Below are positions 37,268-47,021 of a stretch of DNA of 64,000 nucleotides, piece after piece. The notes below the pieces were generated by a model that saw only the letters and a list, made by a program, of their open reading frames with translations, was not told where the DNA came from and did no database searches. Positions within the stretch are counted from its first letter, which is position 1. Each line of letters opens with the position of its first letter. The stretch lies in the IMG/VR virus record IMGVR_UViG_3300027741_000020; one strand, written 5' to 3'. The DNA comes from a virus. Made by a program: the position numbers and the translations under genes.

Positions 37268-38461
37268 ATGAGCAAAGGTAAAACAATTAAATTAGAAATC
37301 ATTAGCGGCAAAAGATACGCCTATGTAAAGGATTTGAAAATAAACCCATTCAATCCCGTAGTCTATGCTGATACAAACGAAGAAAGAAGTAAGATTCAAG
37401 AAATAGCAGATACATACCGTAAAAGAGTTTCTAAAAAGCTATGTCCAAATCAGCAACCTGTATTGATTTGGAAAGATGGATTAGTCGAAGCCGGTAATAC
37501 ACGTCTTGCCGCTGCTCCGAGGGCCGATGTTGAGTTATTATGGGTAGAATATTCCGATGAGCCATACCCCGATCCTAATAAACCATATCAGACATATACC
37601 ACAATAACGAGTACAAATCTTTATCGTAAAATGACTTGGTCAATTAAATTGAACGAGTTTAATAAGATGAATGATGCGTATGAAATAGAGTTTGGAACAA
37701 AGCGTCCTAATTCAATTCAAAATGCACATATAAAAAGATTGGAAACAACAAGGGCTACTTTGGATAAATTAAATACAATTCTTATAGAGAAGCCATCATT
37801 GCTTAAACTTATTGATGATGATGATATTACTATAAAAGCTGCCTATGATGAGGCAACTGGTAAGACTGGTGTGAAGGTAAAAACATCTCAAAATTTAACC
37901 TATGATTGGGATGGTATATATACCGATACTTTATTTAAAAAACTAATGGCAAGGACATCTAGCTATATGAATAGAATGTATGGATTAGAAGTAAAGATTG
38001 GCGATGAAGATTATAATCCTTTATATGATTTTGAACCAGCTAGGATAGCAGGGATTGTATCTGATACTATTATGACAATAGGTGGCGCTCTGTTACGAGC
38101 CGATGGGCATGATGTTGTTACGGCGAAAGGTCACTGGTCTGATCCGGATATATTCCATAAAGATATAGATGATAGGGTTGAGATTAAAGTAGCTACTTAC
38201 AAAGGAACTCAAACACAATGGCAAGGTGGCCAAGGTATACGTGAAGGTAAATATATATTAGTAACCTACAATGAAGATATGGACAGATGGTTTGTTTGTT
38301 TTACCAATTTGATGAAGGAAGATTGGAAGAAAGTTGGAGCAGCGGGTCATACAGTTGGACTACAAACAATTTTAAAAAACCATAAAAAAGATATGAGAAT
38401 TATTTATGGTGCTTTATACGAAAATAAAAACAATATAATAATAAATTTAGATAAACTTTAA
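37268..38461 (+). CDS. ParB-N-like domain + PD-(D/E)xK nuclease-like domain
   Basis: LKINPFN..QQPVLIWKDG..AGNTRLAA; C-terminal SDPDI..VEIKV. Confidence 0.55.
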   Translation: MSKGKTIKLEIISGKRYAYVKDLKINPFNPVVYADTNEERSKIQEIADTYRKRVSKKLCPNQQPVLIWKDGLVEAGNTRLAAAPRADVELLWVEYSDEPYPDPNKPYQTYTTITSTNLYRKMTWSIKLNEFNKMNDAYEIEFGTKRPNSIQNAHIKRLETTRATLDKLNTILIEKPSLLKLIDDDDITIKAAYDEATGKTGVKVKTSQNLTYDWDGIYTDTLFKKLMARTSSYMNRMYGLEVKIGDEDYNPLYDFEPARIAGIVSDTIMTIGGALLRADGHDVVTAKGHWSDPDIFHKDIDDRVEIKVATYKGTQTQWQGGQGIREGKYILVTYNEDMDRWFVCFTNLMKEDWKKVGAAGHTVGLQTILKNHKKDMRIIYGALYENKNNIIINLDKL

Positions 38462-38472
38462 AATTAAACAAC

Positions 38473-39090
38473 ATGCCAAATTGGTGCAGTAACACATTAG
38501 ATGTACATTCAACAAACGTAGAACGATTAAAAGAATTTAAACAGGCGGTATTAATACCTAACAAAGAACACCCAGATTGGGATGCGGAGTTTACATTCAA
38601 TAACTTATTACCAACTCCGCTGGAATTATTTGAAGAAAATGTTTTTGAACAAAGTGAAAATTATGAGGCCTTAATCAAAAAATACGGGTCAAGTGATTGG
38701 TATATGTGGCGTATATCTAATTGGGGAACAAAGTGGGATGCTTCCGGAAGTGTCATCACCGTCAATGATGACCAAAATCTAATTTTGTGTTTTGATACTG
38801 CGTGGGGACCACCGGTTGCATGGTTGGATAAAATATCAGCGCAATTTCCTGAGTTATCATTTCATCTGATATACGAAGAACCGGGTGTGAGTTTTTGTGG
38901 TTTTGTTGATTATGAAAATGGCGAGTGTACCGGATCTGAAATTGGAGATTACATATATTCTGATCACGAAACTAACCGTACAGTTCTATATAATAACGAA
39001 ACTCAAAAATGGTACTTTAGCGATACAAATGAACCAGTATCAGATGATGAAGATTATTGGCCAGAGAGCATAAACCCGTACGCATGCTAG
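38473..39090 (+). CDS. YubB/DUF1281 ferredoxin-like protein
   Basis: MPNWCSN, NWGTKW, FDTAWGPP, YEEPG. Confidence 0.8.
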   Translation: MPNWCSNTLDVHSTNVERLKEFKQAVLIPNKEHPDWDAEFTFNNLLPTPLELFEENVFEQSENYEALIKKYGSSDWYMWRISNWGTKWDASGSVITVNDDQNLILCFDTAWGPPVAWLDKISAQFPELSFHLIYEEPGVSFCGFVDYENGECTGSEIGDYIYSDHETNRTVLYNNETQKWYFSDTNEPVSDDEDYWPESINPYAC

Positions 39091-39128
39091 TTTTTAGCTA
39101 AAAATACCAGGTTTTTAGGTAATTTTAA

Positions 39129-39300
39129 GTAACCCGTTGATAATCAATGATAAAATGCTTTATTGACTATCAATGGGTTACGTGTTTTTAGGGGCATCTC
39201 TAGCTAACCTGTTGATAATCAATAAACATTCTTTCAAAAACATTAGGCCATGTCCAAGATAAGTTGTATCTTTACAAAGTAAAGGCATCTAAGTAATGCC
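39129..39300 (+). promoter_or_regulatory. inverted-repeat/promoter cassette 4 (three half-sites)
   Basis: Half-sites 39129-48, 39159-81, 39205-27; TTAG-N20-TATCTTTA at 39243-74; GGCAT/ATGCC hairpin. Confidence 0.85.
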
Positions 39301-39336
39301 ATTACACTATTATCTGATAATTAAATCAATAACAAT

Positions 39337-40170
39337 ATGAGTACATTACAATTTACTACGGTTGGTAACGCCAAAAAAGTTACAGGATTATCTTATTTAG
39401 GTTCGGTTGCTTCTTCATCGAAGATAGCTAAAGGTTTAAAGTATAACGAAATGACTTATATTTTATATCTTGCGCCGGCTAATCAAAGTGGTTATGAAGT
39501 TTGCCCGATGCGTACTGCAGAATGTACCGAAGCTTGTTTGACTGAATCGGGTCATAATCGTATCGATGTAAAGAAAAACGCAATCAATAAAGCTCGTATC
39601 AAAAAAACTAAATTGTTCTTTGAAGAAAGAGCATTCTTTATGGGTTGGTTAGTGACTGAAATTGAGAAAGCTAAAGCAGATGCTGAAAGTAAAGGTTATA
39701 CGTTTTCAGTAAGGTTAAATGGTACATCGGATATTGAACCTACAACATTCAAACATAATGGTAAAGTTATATTTGACCTGTTTGATGATGTTATCTTCTA
39801 TGACTATACAAAAGTTGCCAAACGTTTCCGTATGTTAGATAAATACACTAACTACGATTTGACTTATTCATTCAGCGGATATAATATGTTTCAATGTTTA
39901 GAATTGTTGAATAGTAATAAAGGACGTGTGGCTATGGTATTTGAAGGTAAAGTGCTACCTATTGAATTTATGGGTTACAAAGTAATTGACGGTGATGCAT
40001 ATGATATGAGGCACATTGACGAGCAAGGTGTTATTGTAGGACTTAAGTTTAAGAAAGTTCGTAACAAAATTGATACGGCTAATAATAAATTTATTATTCC
40101 TATGGATAGCCAGTTTAGTGTTTACGCACCGATAGAAATAAAATCTAAAACTAAAACCAAAGTGAAATAA
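39337..40170 (+). CDS. Gp88-like phage protein
   Basis: VCPMRT..C..ACL..SG, VRLNGTSDI, FYDYTK, DGDAYD.R. Confidence 0.75.
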   Translation: MSTLQFTTVGNAKKVTGLSYLGSVASSSKIAKGLKYNEMTYILYLAPANQSGYEVCPMRTAECTEACLTESGHNRIDVKKNAINKARIKKTKLFFEERAFFMGWLVTEIEKAKADAESKGYTFSVRLNGTSDIEPTTFKHNGKVIFDLFDDVIFYDYTKVAKRFRMLDKYTNYDLTYSFSGYNMFQCLELLNSNKGRVAMVFEGKVLPIEFMGYKVIDGDAYDMRHIDEQGVIVGLKFKKVRNKIDTANNKFIIPMDSQFSVYAPIEIKSKTKTKVK

Positions 40171-40171
40171 T

Positions 40172-40384
40172 ATGAATAAGATTAATGAATTGAAAAAAGA
40201 ATTGAAGCAATGGCAAGAAATGACTCCCGTAAATAATATGGGTAAGTATGCCAGACAAACTAAAATTGATTCTCTTAAAAGTAAAATCAATGAGTTGGAA
40301 GATGTAGGACCTGAATATGACTCCGCCGGTTTCACCGAAGAAGATAGAGTGGTGAACGGACAATATAAAAATGATAACCTTTAA
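40172..40384 (+). CDS. hypothetical protein
   Basis: Coupled ORF; EYDSAGFT. Confidence 0.65.
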   Translation: MNKINELKKELKQWQEMTPVNNMGKYARQTKIDSLKSKINELEDVGPEYDSAGFTEEDRVVNGQYKNDNL

Positions 40385-40649
40385 AAGTAAATATATGATA
40401 GTGAAACAAAAATTAGAAATGATTAGTTGTACAAAATGTGGTGGTGATATGCCGCTACTTCGTAAAGTAAAGTATGGTTATAGAGATTGTGTTAATTGTT
40501 CCACCGTAGAACGTGTTGGCGGAGCACCTATTACAAATCATAAAACAGGTAACACAATTCAAATACTACCAAAAGATATTGCCGATAACATTGTAAGGTT
40601 GGCACAACGACAGGGCTATGGTGTTTGTCGTGGTATGAAACATAATTAA
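40371..40649 (+). CDS. Zn-finger hypothetical protein
   Basis: CTKC..CVNCS; start uncertain. Confidence 0.65.
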   Translation: MITFKSKYMIVKQKLEMISCTKCGGDMPLLRKVKYGYRDCVNCSTVERVGGAPITNHKTGNTIQILPKDIADNIVRLAQRQGYGVCRGMKHN

Positions 40650-40824
40650 TAAACAAATCAAATGATACTACTAATTGCATGGTTATTGGTTACATTGCCG
40701 ATAATATACGAAGTGAACAAACAAATAGAAATTACATTGTGTATGTTTCCAATTGTATTGATACTTGCTACATTAAATACACCTAAATACTATTACTTAA
40801 TATTTAAACAACTAACAAAAAAAT

Positions 40825-41202
40825 ATGAATAATCAAAAAATACAAAGCAGGATTGAAAAAACAAATGAACAACGTATTTCAATGGCCGTTACTTTAGTGA
40901 AGATTTTAAAAGGGTTTGACGGGCAAGTTCCTATCAATGTGCGTACGCATGTAGCAGCGGCAATGATTAGTATGATAAATTCATCGATGATACCCGAAGA
41001 TATATATTTAATTGATTCATTTGATGCAGCTATAGATAGTGTGTGTGAGGATGCGAAATTGGAGCTTGGTATTTCCAATTTGAGAGTTCAATTAACAAAT
41101 ATTGTGAGGGGTATTGAAACTGAAATACAAAAAGAAGAAAGGATTAGTACGGGTGATAGCATACTACAATCATTAAATCTGAATAACATAAACTTAAACT
41201 AA
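40825..41202 (+). CDS. hypothetical protein
   Basis: Co-oriented ORF. Confidence 0.65.
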   Translation: MNNQKIQSRIEKTNEQRISMAVTLVKILKGFDGQVPINVRTHVAAAMISMINSSMIPEDIYLIDSFDAAIDSVCEDAKLELGISNLRVQLTNIVRGIETEIQKEERISTGDSILQSLNLNNINLN

Positions 41203-41203
41203 T

Positions 41204-41566
41204 ATGAAAGGCGATACACAAAAAGATATAGACTACTTAGATAACAATCCAATCGTAAAAGGGTTTATTGTTGAAGTGAACGAAGCAATCAAAACATACT
41301 ACGAAAAATATCTTACTAATTTAACCCCTGAATATATTAGGGCTGATATTGGTAATAAGTTTATCAGACTATGGACTGGGACTCGTTGTTGGGGTTTCAT
41401 TAGTAGAGTTGATGGCGACCACAAAGGAGTACCTATTAAGAAGGGCGACTTATTGAAACCGGCAACTTGGAAAGCACCCGCTAAACACGCCAGAGGCAAT
41501 ATCACCGATGGTACAGCAAAATGGACTTACATTGGAGTAAATTATCTTTTTGATATGCTTAGCTGA
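41204..41566 (+). CDS. conserved phage hypothetical protein
   Basis: KGDLLKPATWKAPAKHARGNI. Confidence 0.75.
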   Translation: MKGDTQKDIDYLDNNPIVKGFIVEVNEAIKTYYEKYLTNLTPEYIRADIGNKFIRLWTGTRCWGFISRVDGDHKGVPIKKGDLLKPATWKAPAKHARGNITDGTAKWTYIGVNYLFDMLS

Positions 41567-41611
41567 AACACTGAATCAATTATTAAAATTTAAAATTTAA
41601 AAACAAACATT

Positions 41612-41977
41612 ATGGGACTAGACATGTACGCTTACAGAACAAAAGTAAAGCCTGAAACTGAAACGGATTTTAAAGGGGATGATAACGATGCTCAAATACA
41701 ATATTGGCGTAAACATCCTAACTTACATGGTTGGATGGAAACCCTATACTATGCTAAAGGTGGTAGTGATTCATTTAATTGTGTTAATTTGGAATTAACC
41801 CTTCAGGATTTAAAGGATTTGTACGAAGATTTAAAAACAAATTCTCTGCCAGAAACTTCAGGATTTTTCTTTGGAGAATCTTCGCGTGAAGATATGGAAA
41901 ACGATATGAAGTTTGTTGAAGAAGCTTTAAAAGCAATCGAAGAAGGTGAGTATGTGTATTACACAAGCTGGTGGTAA
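41612..41977 (+). CDS. conserved phage hypothetical protein
   Basis: MGLDMY..YWRKHPNLHGWM..GFFFG. Confidence 0.8.
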   Translation: MGLDMYAYRTKVKPETETDFKGDDNDAQIQYWRKHPNLHGWMETLYYAKGGSDSFNCVNLELTLQDLKDLYEDLKTNSLPETSGFFFGESSREDMENDMKFVEEALKAIEEGEYVYYTSWW

Positions 41978-42041
41978 TACCATATTTGGTTTAACACAAA
42001 TTACATTTCTATTCAAAACAACACACATCTAAAAAATAATT

Positions 42042-42380
42042 ATGAAATTCAAAAGTTTATATCCACCAGTATGTGTATATGGTGATTATAGTAAATGTTG
42101 GTATATTATCGCGGGTGGTGTATGGCACAAAGTTGATAGGCCATATTCTTGGAATGAAATTAAACCAATGTGGGAAAAATTGGAAATGGTTAAAACCGAA
42201 GCTAAATCCAAATATATCAAAGTGAAGATGGAATGGAAAGTACAGGGAAGTAAGGGCAACACATATCGGGTTGTAAATGATGAAGGGTTTTGGAGTTGTA
42301 GTTGCCCGGCACATGGATTCGGTAGGGGTAAAGATTGTAAACATATAAAAACAAAAAAAGATGAAACTAACATTAAATAA
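42042..42380 (+). CDS. SWIM zinc-finger protein
   Basis: WSCSCP..DCKHI. Confidence 0.8.
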   Translation: MKFKSLYPPVCVYGDYSKCWYIIAGGVWHKVDRPYSWNEIKPMWEKLEMVKTEAKSKYIKVKMEWKVQGSKGNTYRVVNDEGFWSCSCPAHGFGRGKDCKHIKTKKDETNIK

Positions 42381-43020
42381 AGGACAAAGGTTATTCTTTA
42401 CATCTGATACACATTATAATCACGATAATATTTGTTCAGCTACTACTAAATGGATTGACCCGGTGACTTGTAGAGAGTTTAAATCATTGGAGCATATGAA
42501 CGCTACTTTGGTTGGTAACATCAATGAAGTGGTAGGGCAGAATGATATTCTATTTCATTTGGGAGATTGGTCGTTTGGTGGATTTGAAATGATTGAGGAA
42601 TTTAGAAATCGTATTGTGTGCCAGAATGTACATATCATTACAGGTAACCACGACCACCACATTGAAAATAATAGAGATGGATGTCAATCCTTATTCGCAT
42701 CGGTTAGTAAATACCAAAACCTCGTAGTGAAAACTAATGTAGGTACTTTGGCAGCTAAGGAATACCGATTTGCTTTGATGCACTTTCCAATAGCATCGTG
42801 GGATAATATGGCTAGAGGGGCTATCCACTTACACGGACACGTACACTTTACGGCTGATAAACGAATTGGTACGGGTAAGATGATGGATGTTGGAGTTGAC
42901 GGTAATAAATTGTATCCAATTGATATGAGCGAAGTGGTTTCGATTATGAAAGACCAGCCTATTAAATCAATGTTTAAATTTGATCATCACGAAATAACTG
43001 AAAATTATGCTAAGCATTAA
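42361..43020 (+). CDS. calcineurin-like phosphoesterase
   Basis: FTSDTHYNH, LGDWSF, GNHD, HLHGHVH, DVGVD. Confidence 0.9.
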   Translation: MKLTLNKGQRLFFTSDTHYNHDNICSATTKWIDPVTCREFKSLEHMNATLVGNINEVVGQNDILFHLGDWSFGGFEMIEEFRNRIVCQNVHIITGNHDHHIENNRDGCQSLFASVSKYQNLVVKTNVGTLAAKEYRFALMHFPIASWDNMARGAIHLHGHVHFTADKRIGTGKMMDVGVDGNKLYPIDMSEVVSIMKDQPIKSMFKFDHHEITENYAKH

Positions 43021-43357
43021 GAATATAAACAAGATAATACGAATGGATGGGTATAAGGCAAACGTATTAGCAATACACACACCAAATTATAGCTATCCAC
43101 ACACAGCACATACATACGATATTGTCTTTACACATACGGATAGGCCTGGTAGAGAGTTTTTCCTAAAGATTAATAGAAAAGGCGAGTATAAACGTTGGCA
43201 ATCCTTTATGGCATATCCAATATGTTTTTGGGAAAATACAGGCCCTGATGATGTTTGTAAAGATTCTACGATTTGGGAACTCAATCTACAATCACCCCAT
43301 ATATTTTTAGAATTTCTTGATCTTATAATAAAGCATTATACAAAAATAAAAACTTAA
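43007..43357 (+). CDS. hypothetical protein
   Basis: Coupled ORF. Confidence 0.65.
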   Translation: MLSIKNINKIIRMDGYKANVLAIHTPNYSYPHTAHTYDIVFTHTDRPGREFFLKINRKGEYKRWQSFMAYPICFWENTGPDDVCKDSTIWELNLQSPHIFLEFLDLIIKHYTKIKT

Positions 43358-43370
43358 AACAAAAATAAAA

Positions 43371-43556
43371 ATGAAAGATTTGAACTTGACAAGTAATGAT
43401 TTGATAACCGAAGCAATTGACATCTTTGGTAGTAATTTAGTAAGTGAAGTTAGAACAGTAGTTGATATATCGGATGCTGATGGAGCATATTCACACTTTC
43501 AGGATATTGGTAAATACAACCACGCAGACTGTGTAGAATTTTTATACTTTAATTAA
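43371..43556 (+). CDS. hypothetical protein
   Basis: Co-oriented ORF. Confidence 0.65.
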   Translation: MKDLNLTSNDLITEAIDIFGSNLVSEVRTVVDISDADGAYSHFQDIGKYNHADCVEFLYFN

Positions 43557-43577
43557 TCAAACTTAAAACAAAATAAT

Positions 43578-44000
43578 ATGGGATTTTTTAGTTGGAAAAC
43601 GCAAGACACTGATGTTAGTATAGCTAACCAGTATTCAACACATAGTACCTTTCGTGTTCAAATGTTAGATGATAAAGGTAATGTATGGACTGAAGATGAT
43701 TACGAAGGCTATGGTGTATTTATGGGTAAGGACTACTACGAACTATTGGCTGAAATGAATGGGTACACATCCGATATTAGTTACGAAACGCATGGTGAAC
43801 AATACACCGATCAAGCTAGAGCGTATGGAATTAATTTGGCGTTTAAAGACTCGCCGAATGGTGATAATACCGAAGTGAAGTTTCCGAATTTAGTTGAGAT
43901 GGCTGAGGGTTGGCAATATGACCCGAAAGGACCTGAGAATTGTGAATTTCAGGGCTTCTTTTACGATGATGATACGGAAGAAGATGAAGAAGAATATTAA
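43578..44000 (+). CDS. conserved phage hypothetical protein
   Basis: MGFFSW..YEGYGVF.GKDYYELLA..QG.F. Confidence 0.75.
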   Translation: MGFFSWKTQDTDVSIANQYSTHSTFRVQMLDDKGNVWTEDDYEGYGVFMGKDYYELLAEMNGYTSDISYETHGEQYTDQARAYGINLAFKDSPNGDNTEVKFPNLVEMAEGWQYDPKGPENCEFQGFFYDDDTEEDEEEY

Positions 44001-44017
44001 TAACTAAAACTCATACA

Positions 44018-44344
44018 ATGAATATACCAATAAACTTTAATAAAATAGATGGTGTTAAATTTAAAATTAATGAAAATGATTTTTATATCGAAGTAGACTC
44101 TACTGAACTAGGCGATATGTGGATTTATAGTGATAACCGTAAATATAATCCATTACTTTTTGATATTGATTGGCGAAAAGAAACATACGCATTGATAAAG
44201 TGTCTACCTGGTAATGGTAGAAGTGGTACTGTATTAGCAACCGATGCGGTACTAATACCGCATCTAATGAAAGATTTGGATTTATTCATTAATCATTTCA
44301 TAAAAGATATTCTAAAAACACTAATTAAAACCAACTTAATATAA
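44018..44344 (+). CDS. hypothetical protein
   Basis: Co-oriented ORF. Confidence 0.65.
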   Translation: MNIPINFNKIDGVKFKINENDFYIEVDSTELGDMWIYSDNRKYNPLLFDIDWRKETYALIKCLPGNGRSGTVLATDAVLIPHLMKDLDLFINHFIKDILKTLIKTNLI

Positions 44345-44348
44345 AACT

Positions 44349-44627
44349 ATGGATTTTCAAAAACAAAGAGAGCAGTATATAGATGCTGCTAAAAAACATC
44401 TACACAATTGCGGAACTTACACATATACCGACCATATTGTTGATGTAATCGCATCAGTAATGTTGACTAGGGATGGTATTATGCAGGGTGGTTCGTTTGT
44501 TCAAGCAATTTGTAACAATGATTTAAGAGGGGCTATTAGTAGTGCAGATGGCGACTGTATATCGCATTTAAGAGTGATTGCTTTAGCACATCCTTTCGCA
44601 TTTATTGAAAAATTAGATAACAAATAA
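44349..44627 (+). CDS. hypothetical protein
   Basis: GGSFVQAICNNDL..A...AD. Confidence 0.7.
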   Translation: MDFQKQREQYIDAAKKHLHNCGTYTYTDHIVDVIASVMLTRDGIMQGGSFVQAICNNDLRGAISSADGDCISHLRVIALAHPFAFIEKLDNK

Positions 44628-44639
44628 AAACAAAACAAT

Positions 44640-45047
44640 ATGGCAATTTACGGAGATGGTAAACACAACGAGAATATGGAGCACATTGATAAACAAGATT
44701 TCAGTTTCTATGTTGATAAAAAAGTAACGGTATGGATTAGGGAAACGCACAACATTCAGGCTGAAAGTTATGAAGCGGCTCGTAAGGAAATGATTGAGGC
44801 ATTTCATGATAATTTATGTAGTGAAACATTTTCGGAGCAAGAGCATCTTTACGAAACCGAAGATATTATGGAGCCCGGTGATAATGGTGGCGATTCAACT
44901 ATTGAATTGATTAGTGATACCGAACCCGGTACAATAACATCAAATACCGATGTATGTTTCGGTTGTGATTGGGTAGCAATCAATAATGACTCTTCATATT
45001 CCGGTGAGGAAGAATGTAGGAAGTGTGGACTAAAAAGAACAATTTAA
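44640..45047 (+). CDS. hypothetical protein
   Basis: Acidic; C-terminal CxxC. Confidence 0.7.
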   Translation: MAIYGDGKHNENMEHIDKQDFSFYVDKKVTVWIRETHNIQAESYEAARKEMIEAFHDNLCSETFSEQEHLYETEDIMEPGDNGGDSTIELISDTEPGTITSNTDVCFGCDWVAINNDSSYSGEEECRKCGLKRTI

Positions 45048-45087
45048 AAATAAATCAATTATAAACAATAAAACAAAAAGTAAAGTT

Positions 45088-45270
45088 ATGGAATTAAAAT
45101 CATTTAAAAGATTATCAGAGTACAAAGTATCATTGGACGGAATTATTTGGGATAGTAGACCCGAAAAAGCAAACGAAATTAATAACAACGAAACCGGTGG
45201 TAAACTTCTTTCTATAAAGATAGAAGATACATTTTATTACCCGAGTGTAATTGATGGAATTAAAAACTAA
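45088..45270 (+). CDS. hypothetical protein
   Basis: Co-oriented ORF. Confidence 0.55.
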   Translation: MELKSFKRLSEYKVSLDGIIWDSRPEKANEINNNETGGKLLSIKIEDTFYYPSVIDGIKN

Positions 45271-45590
45271 ATTAAATAACAAACATAAAAACAAGTAAAA
45301 TGCCAAGCTTTGACAAATTAGCACCATTAGGCTGGGAAGGACCAATGCCCGAACCAGTGCCGGTAGAAGAACGCTACCCAGATAAAAAAGAGTATAGACC
45401 AAGTAAACAACAAGTATTACAGGAGTATGAAATTACACTAAGATTCCTTAGTAGAGGATGTGTGGTTAATGTGGGCTGTAAAAGTATAGCTTTTGAAACT
45501 GTAGAGTCAGCTATGAAAGAAGTAAATGAGTATGTAAGCAATCCATGGGAAGCTCAGAAGATATGGAGAAATTTATTAGATAATTAAATA
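45269..45590 (+). repeat. ~322-bp direct repeat, copy 1 (copy 2 at 57953-58274)
   Basis: 16 substitutions over the 288-nt CDS. Confidence 0.95.
45300..45587 (+). CDS. hypothetical protein, paralog A
   Basis: Near-identical to 57984-58271. Confidence 0.8.
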   Translation: MPSFDKLAPLGWEGPMPEPVPVEERYPDKKEYRPSKQQVLQEYEITLRFLSRGCVVNVGCKSIAFETVESAMKEVNEYVSNPWEAQKIWRNLLDN

Positions 45591-45603
45591 AAAACAAATA
45601 AAA

Positions 45604-45993
45604 ATGAGAAAATTTGGGACAGTTATGTTAGTAGTATTAATCCTTATAGGGGTTACAGTAGTATCGTTCGCATTTAGGTCGTGTGACATCTTTCGGAATC
45701 ATGTGTATAATAGTATGGAAAACGCAGTGATTAGTTATGATGAGTATCAAGACATCTATGCGACATGTAATAAAATAAATACCGATTTGGGTATCATTCA
45801 ATCCACACCTGGTAATGATAAACAATTCGACCAATTTAGTAAAGCACAACGTATCAATTCGACTAAGCAAAATCTTAATAGATGGGTCGAAGAATACAAC
45901 GCTAAGAGTAAGCACATTGATAAAAAGGTTTGGAAGAGTAGCGCTCTACCATATCAATTAGACGTAAATCAATTTTCAAATTATAATAAATAA
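45604..45993 (+). CDS. TM-anchored hypothetical protein
   Basis: N-terminal TM; YNAKS. Confidence 0.7.
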   Translation: MRKFGTVMLVVLILIGVTVVSFAFRSCDIFRNHVYNSMENAVISYDEYQDIYATCNKINTDLGIIQSTPGNDKQFDQFSKAQRINSTKQNLNRWVEEYNAKSKHIDKKVWKSSALPYQLDVNQFSNYNK

Positions 45994-46008
45994 AATAAAA
46001 ACAACAAA

Positions 46009-46602
46009 ATGAAAAAATTATTATCAATTGTATTAGTAGTATCAATCGTATTAGTATCGTGTGACCGTATAAATACACCCGATAATACATCGGCAATTAA
46101 GGAACAATCGCATACTGAATTTAATCAGCAAAACTTAAATAAGATACAACCACCACCAACGATTACATGGAGTTTGGAACGTGATAATCTTACTAAAAGA
46201 TTTAAGTTACAAAATGACCGCTCCGTAATGTTTTATATGTATGTGTTTATTGAAGGAGTTGCGCAACCAATAGGATATTACCAAGTAAATAAAGTAAGTT
46301 CAGTTAATTCTCAATTAACAAATACAATGCAAATTATATCAGGTTCAAGAAGTGGAAACGATTTACCAGTTGGACAACTTGCAGTTCTTCCAAGTCCGGC
46401 AGAAGATGGTTCTTATGGTACTAATGGTGAAGGTATTTTTGGATTCACACCTGAGGATATATACATTGAAACAAATATGAAATATATAACATCGACTGTT
46501 CCTTTACATTTTAATCAGCCGGTTACTAAGTTGGCTGTAATAAGTGGGGATGAAGCCAATAAAATGTTAGGTATATCCCGAAAAGCAATGGGAATTAATT
46601 AA
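46009..46602 (+). CDS. lipoprotein
   Basis: LVSC lipobox; PAEDGSYG.N..GIF. Confidence 0.75.
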   Translation: MKKLLSIVLVVSIVLVSCDRINTPDNTSAIKEQSHTEFNQQNLNKIQPPPTITWSLERDNLTKRFKLQNDRSVMFYMYVFIEGVAQPIGYYQVNKVSSVNSQLTNTMQIISGSRSGNDLPVGQLAVLPSPAEDGSYGTNGEGIFGFTPEDIYIETNMKYITSTVPLHFNQPVTKLAVISGDEANKMLGISRKAMGIN

Positions 46603-46622
46603 AACTTAAAACTTAAAACAAA

Positions 46623-46976
46623 ATGAAAGCAATTTTTATTGACTCAAAAAACAAAGAAGTAAAGGAAGTAGACATCAACGGTGACCTGGAAAGTTGGTAT
46701 GAAACTATTGGTTGTGGTATGGTTGAATGTGCATTATACTTCGATGAGCAAGACTCGATTATGGTAGATGAAGAAGGACTCTTTAATAGTGAATGTAATG
46801 AGTTCTTTTTTGTAAAGGGTGGGCACCAACCATTCGCCGGTAATGGACTTATAGTTGGTACTAATGTAAATGGCGAGGCTTGTGATACCAAAATCAGTTT
46901 AGATGAAGTAAAATCTAAAGTGAATTTTATGGATAGATTTCAAGCGTATTTGTGGGCCAAAGCTCAAAACAATTAG
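46623..46976 (+). CDS. DUF3846-like protein
   Basis: VDEEGL..PFAGNGLIVG. Confidence 0.7.
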   Translation: MKAIFIDSKNKEVKEVDINGDLESWYETIGCGMVECALYFDEQDSIMVDEEGLFNSECNEFFFVKGGHQPFAGNGLIVGTNVNGEACDTKISLDEVKSKVNFMDRFQAYLWAKAQNN

Positions 46977-47021
46977 TATTGATTGGTATAATGTTATTTT
47001 TCAAAAGTTAAAATTTAAAAA

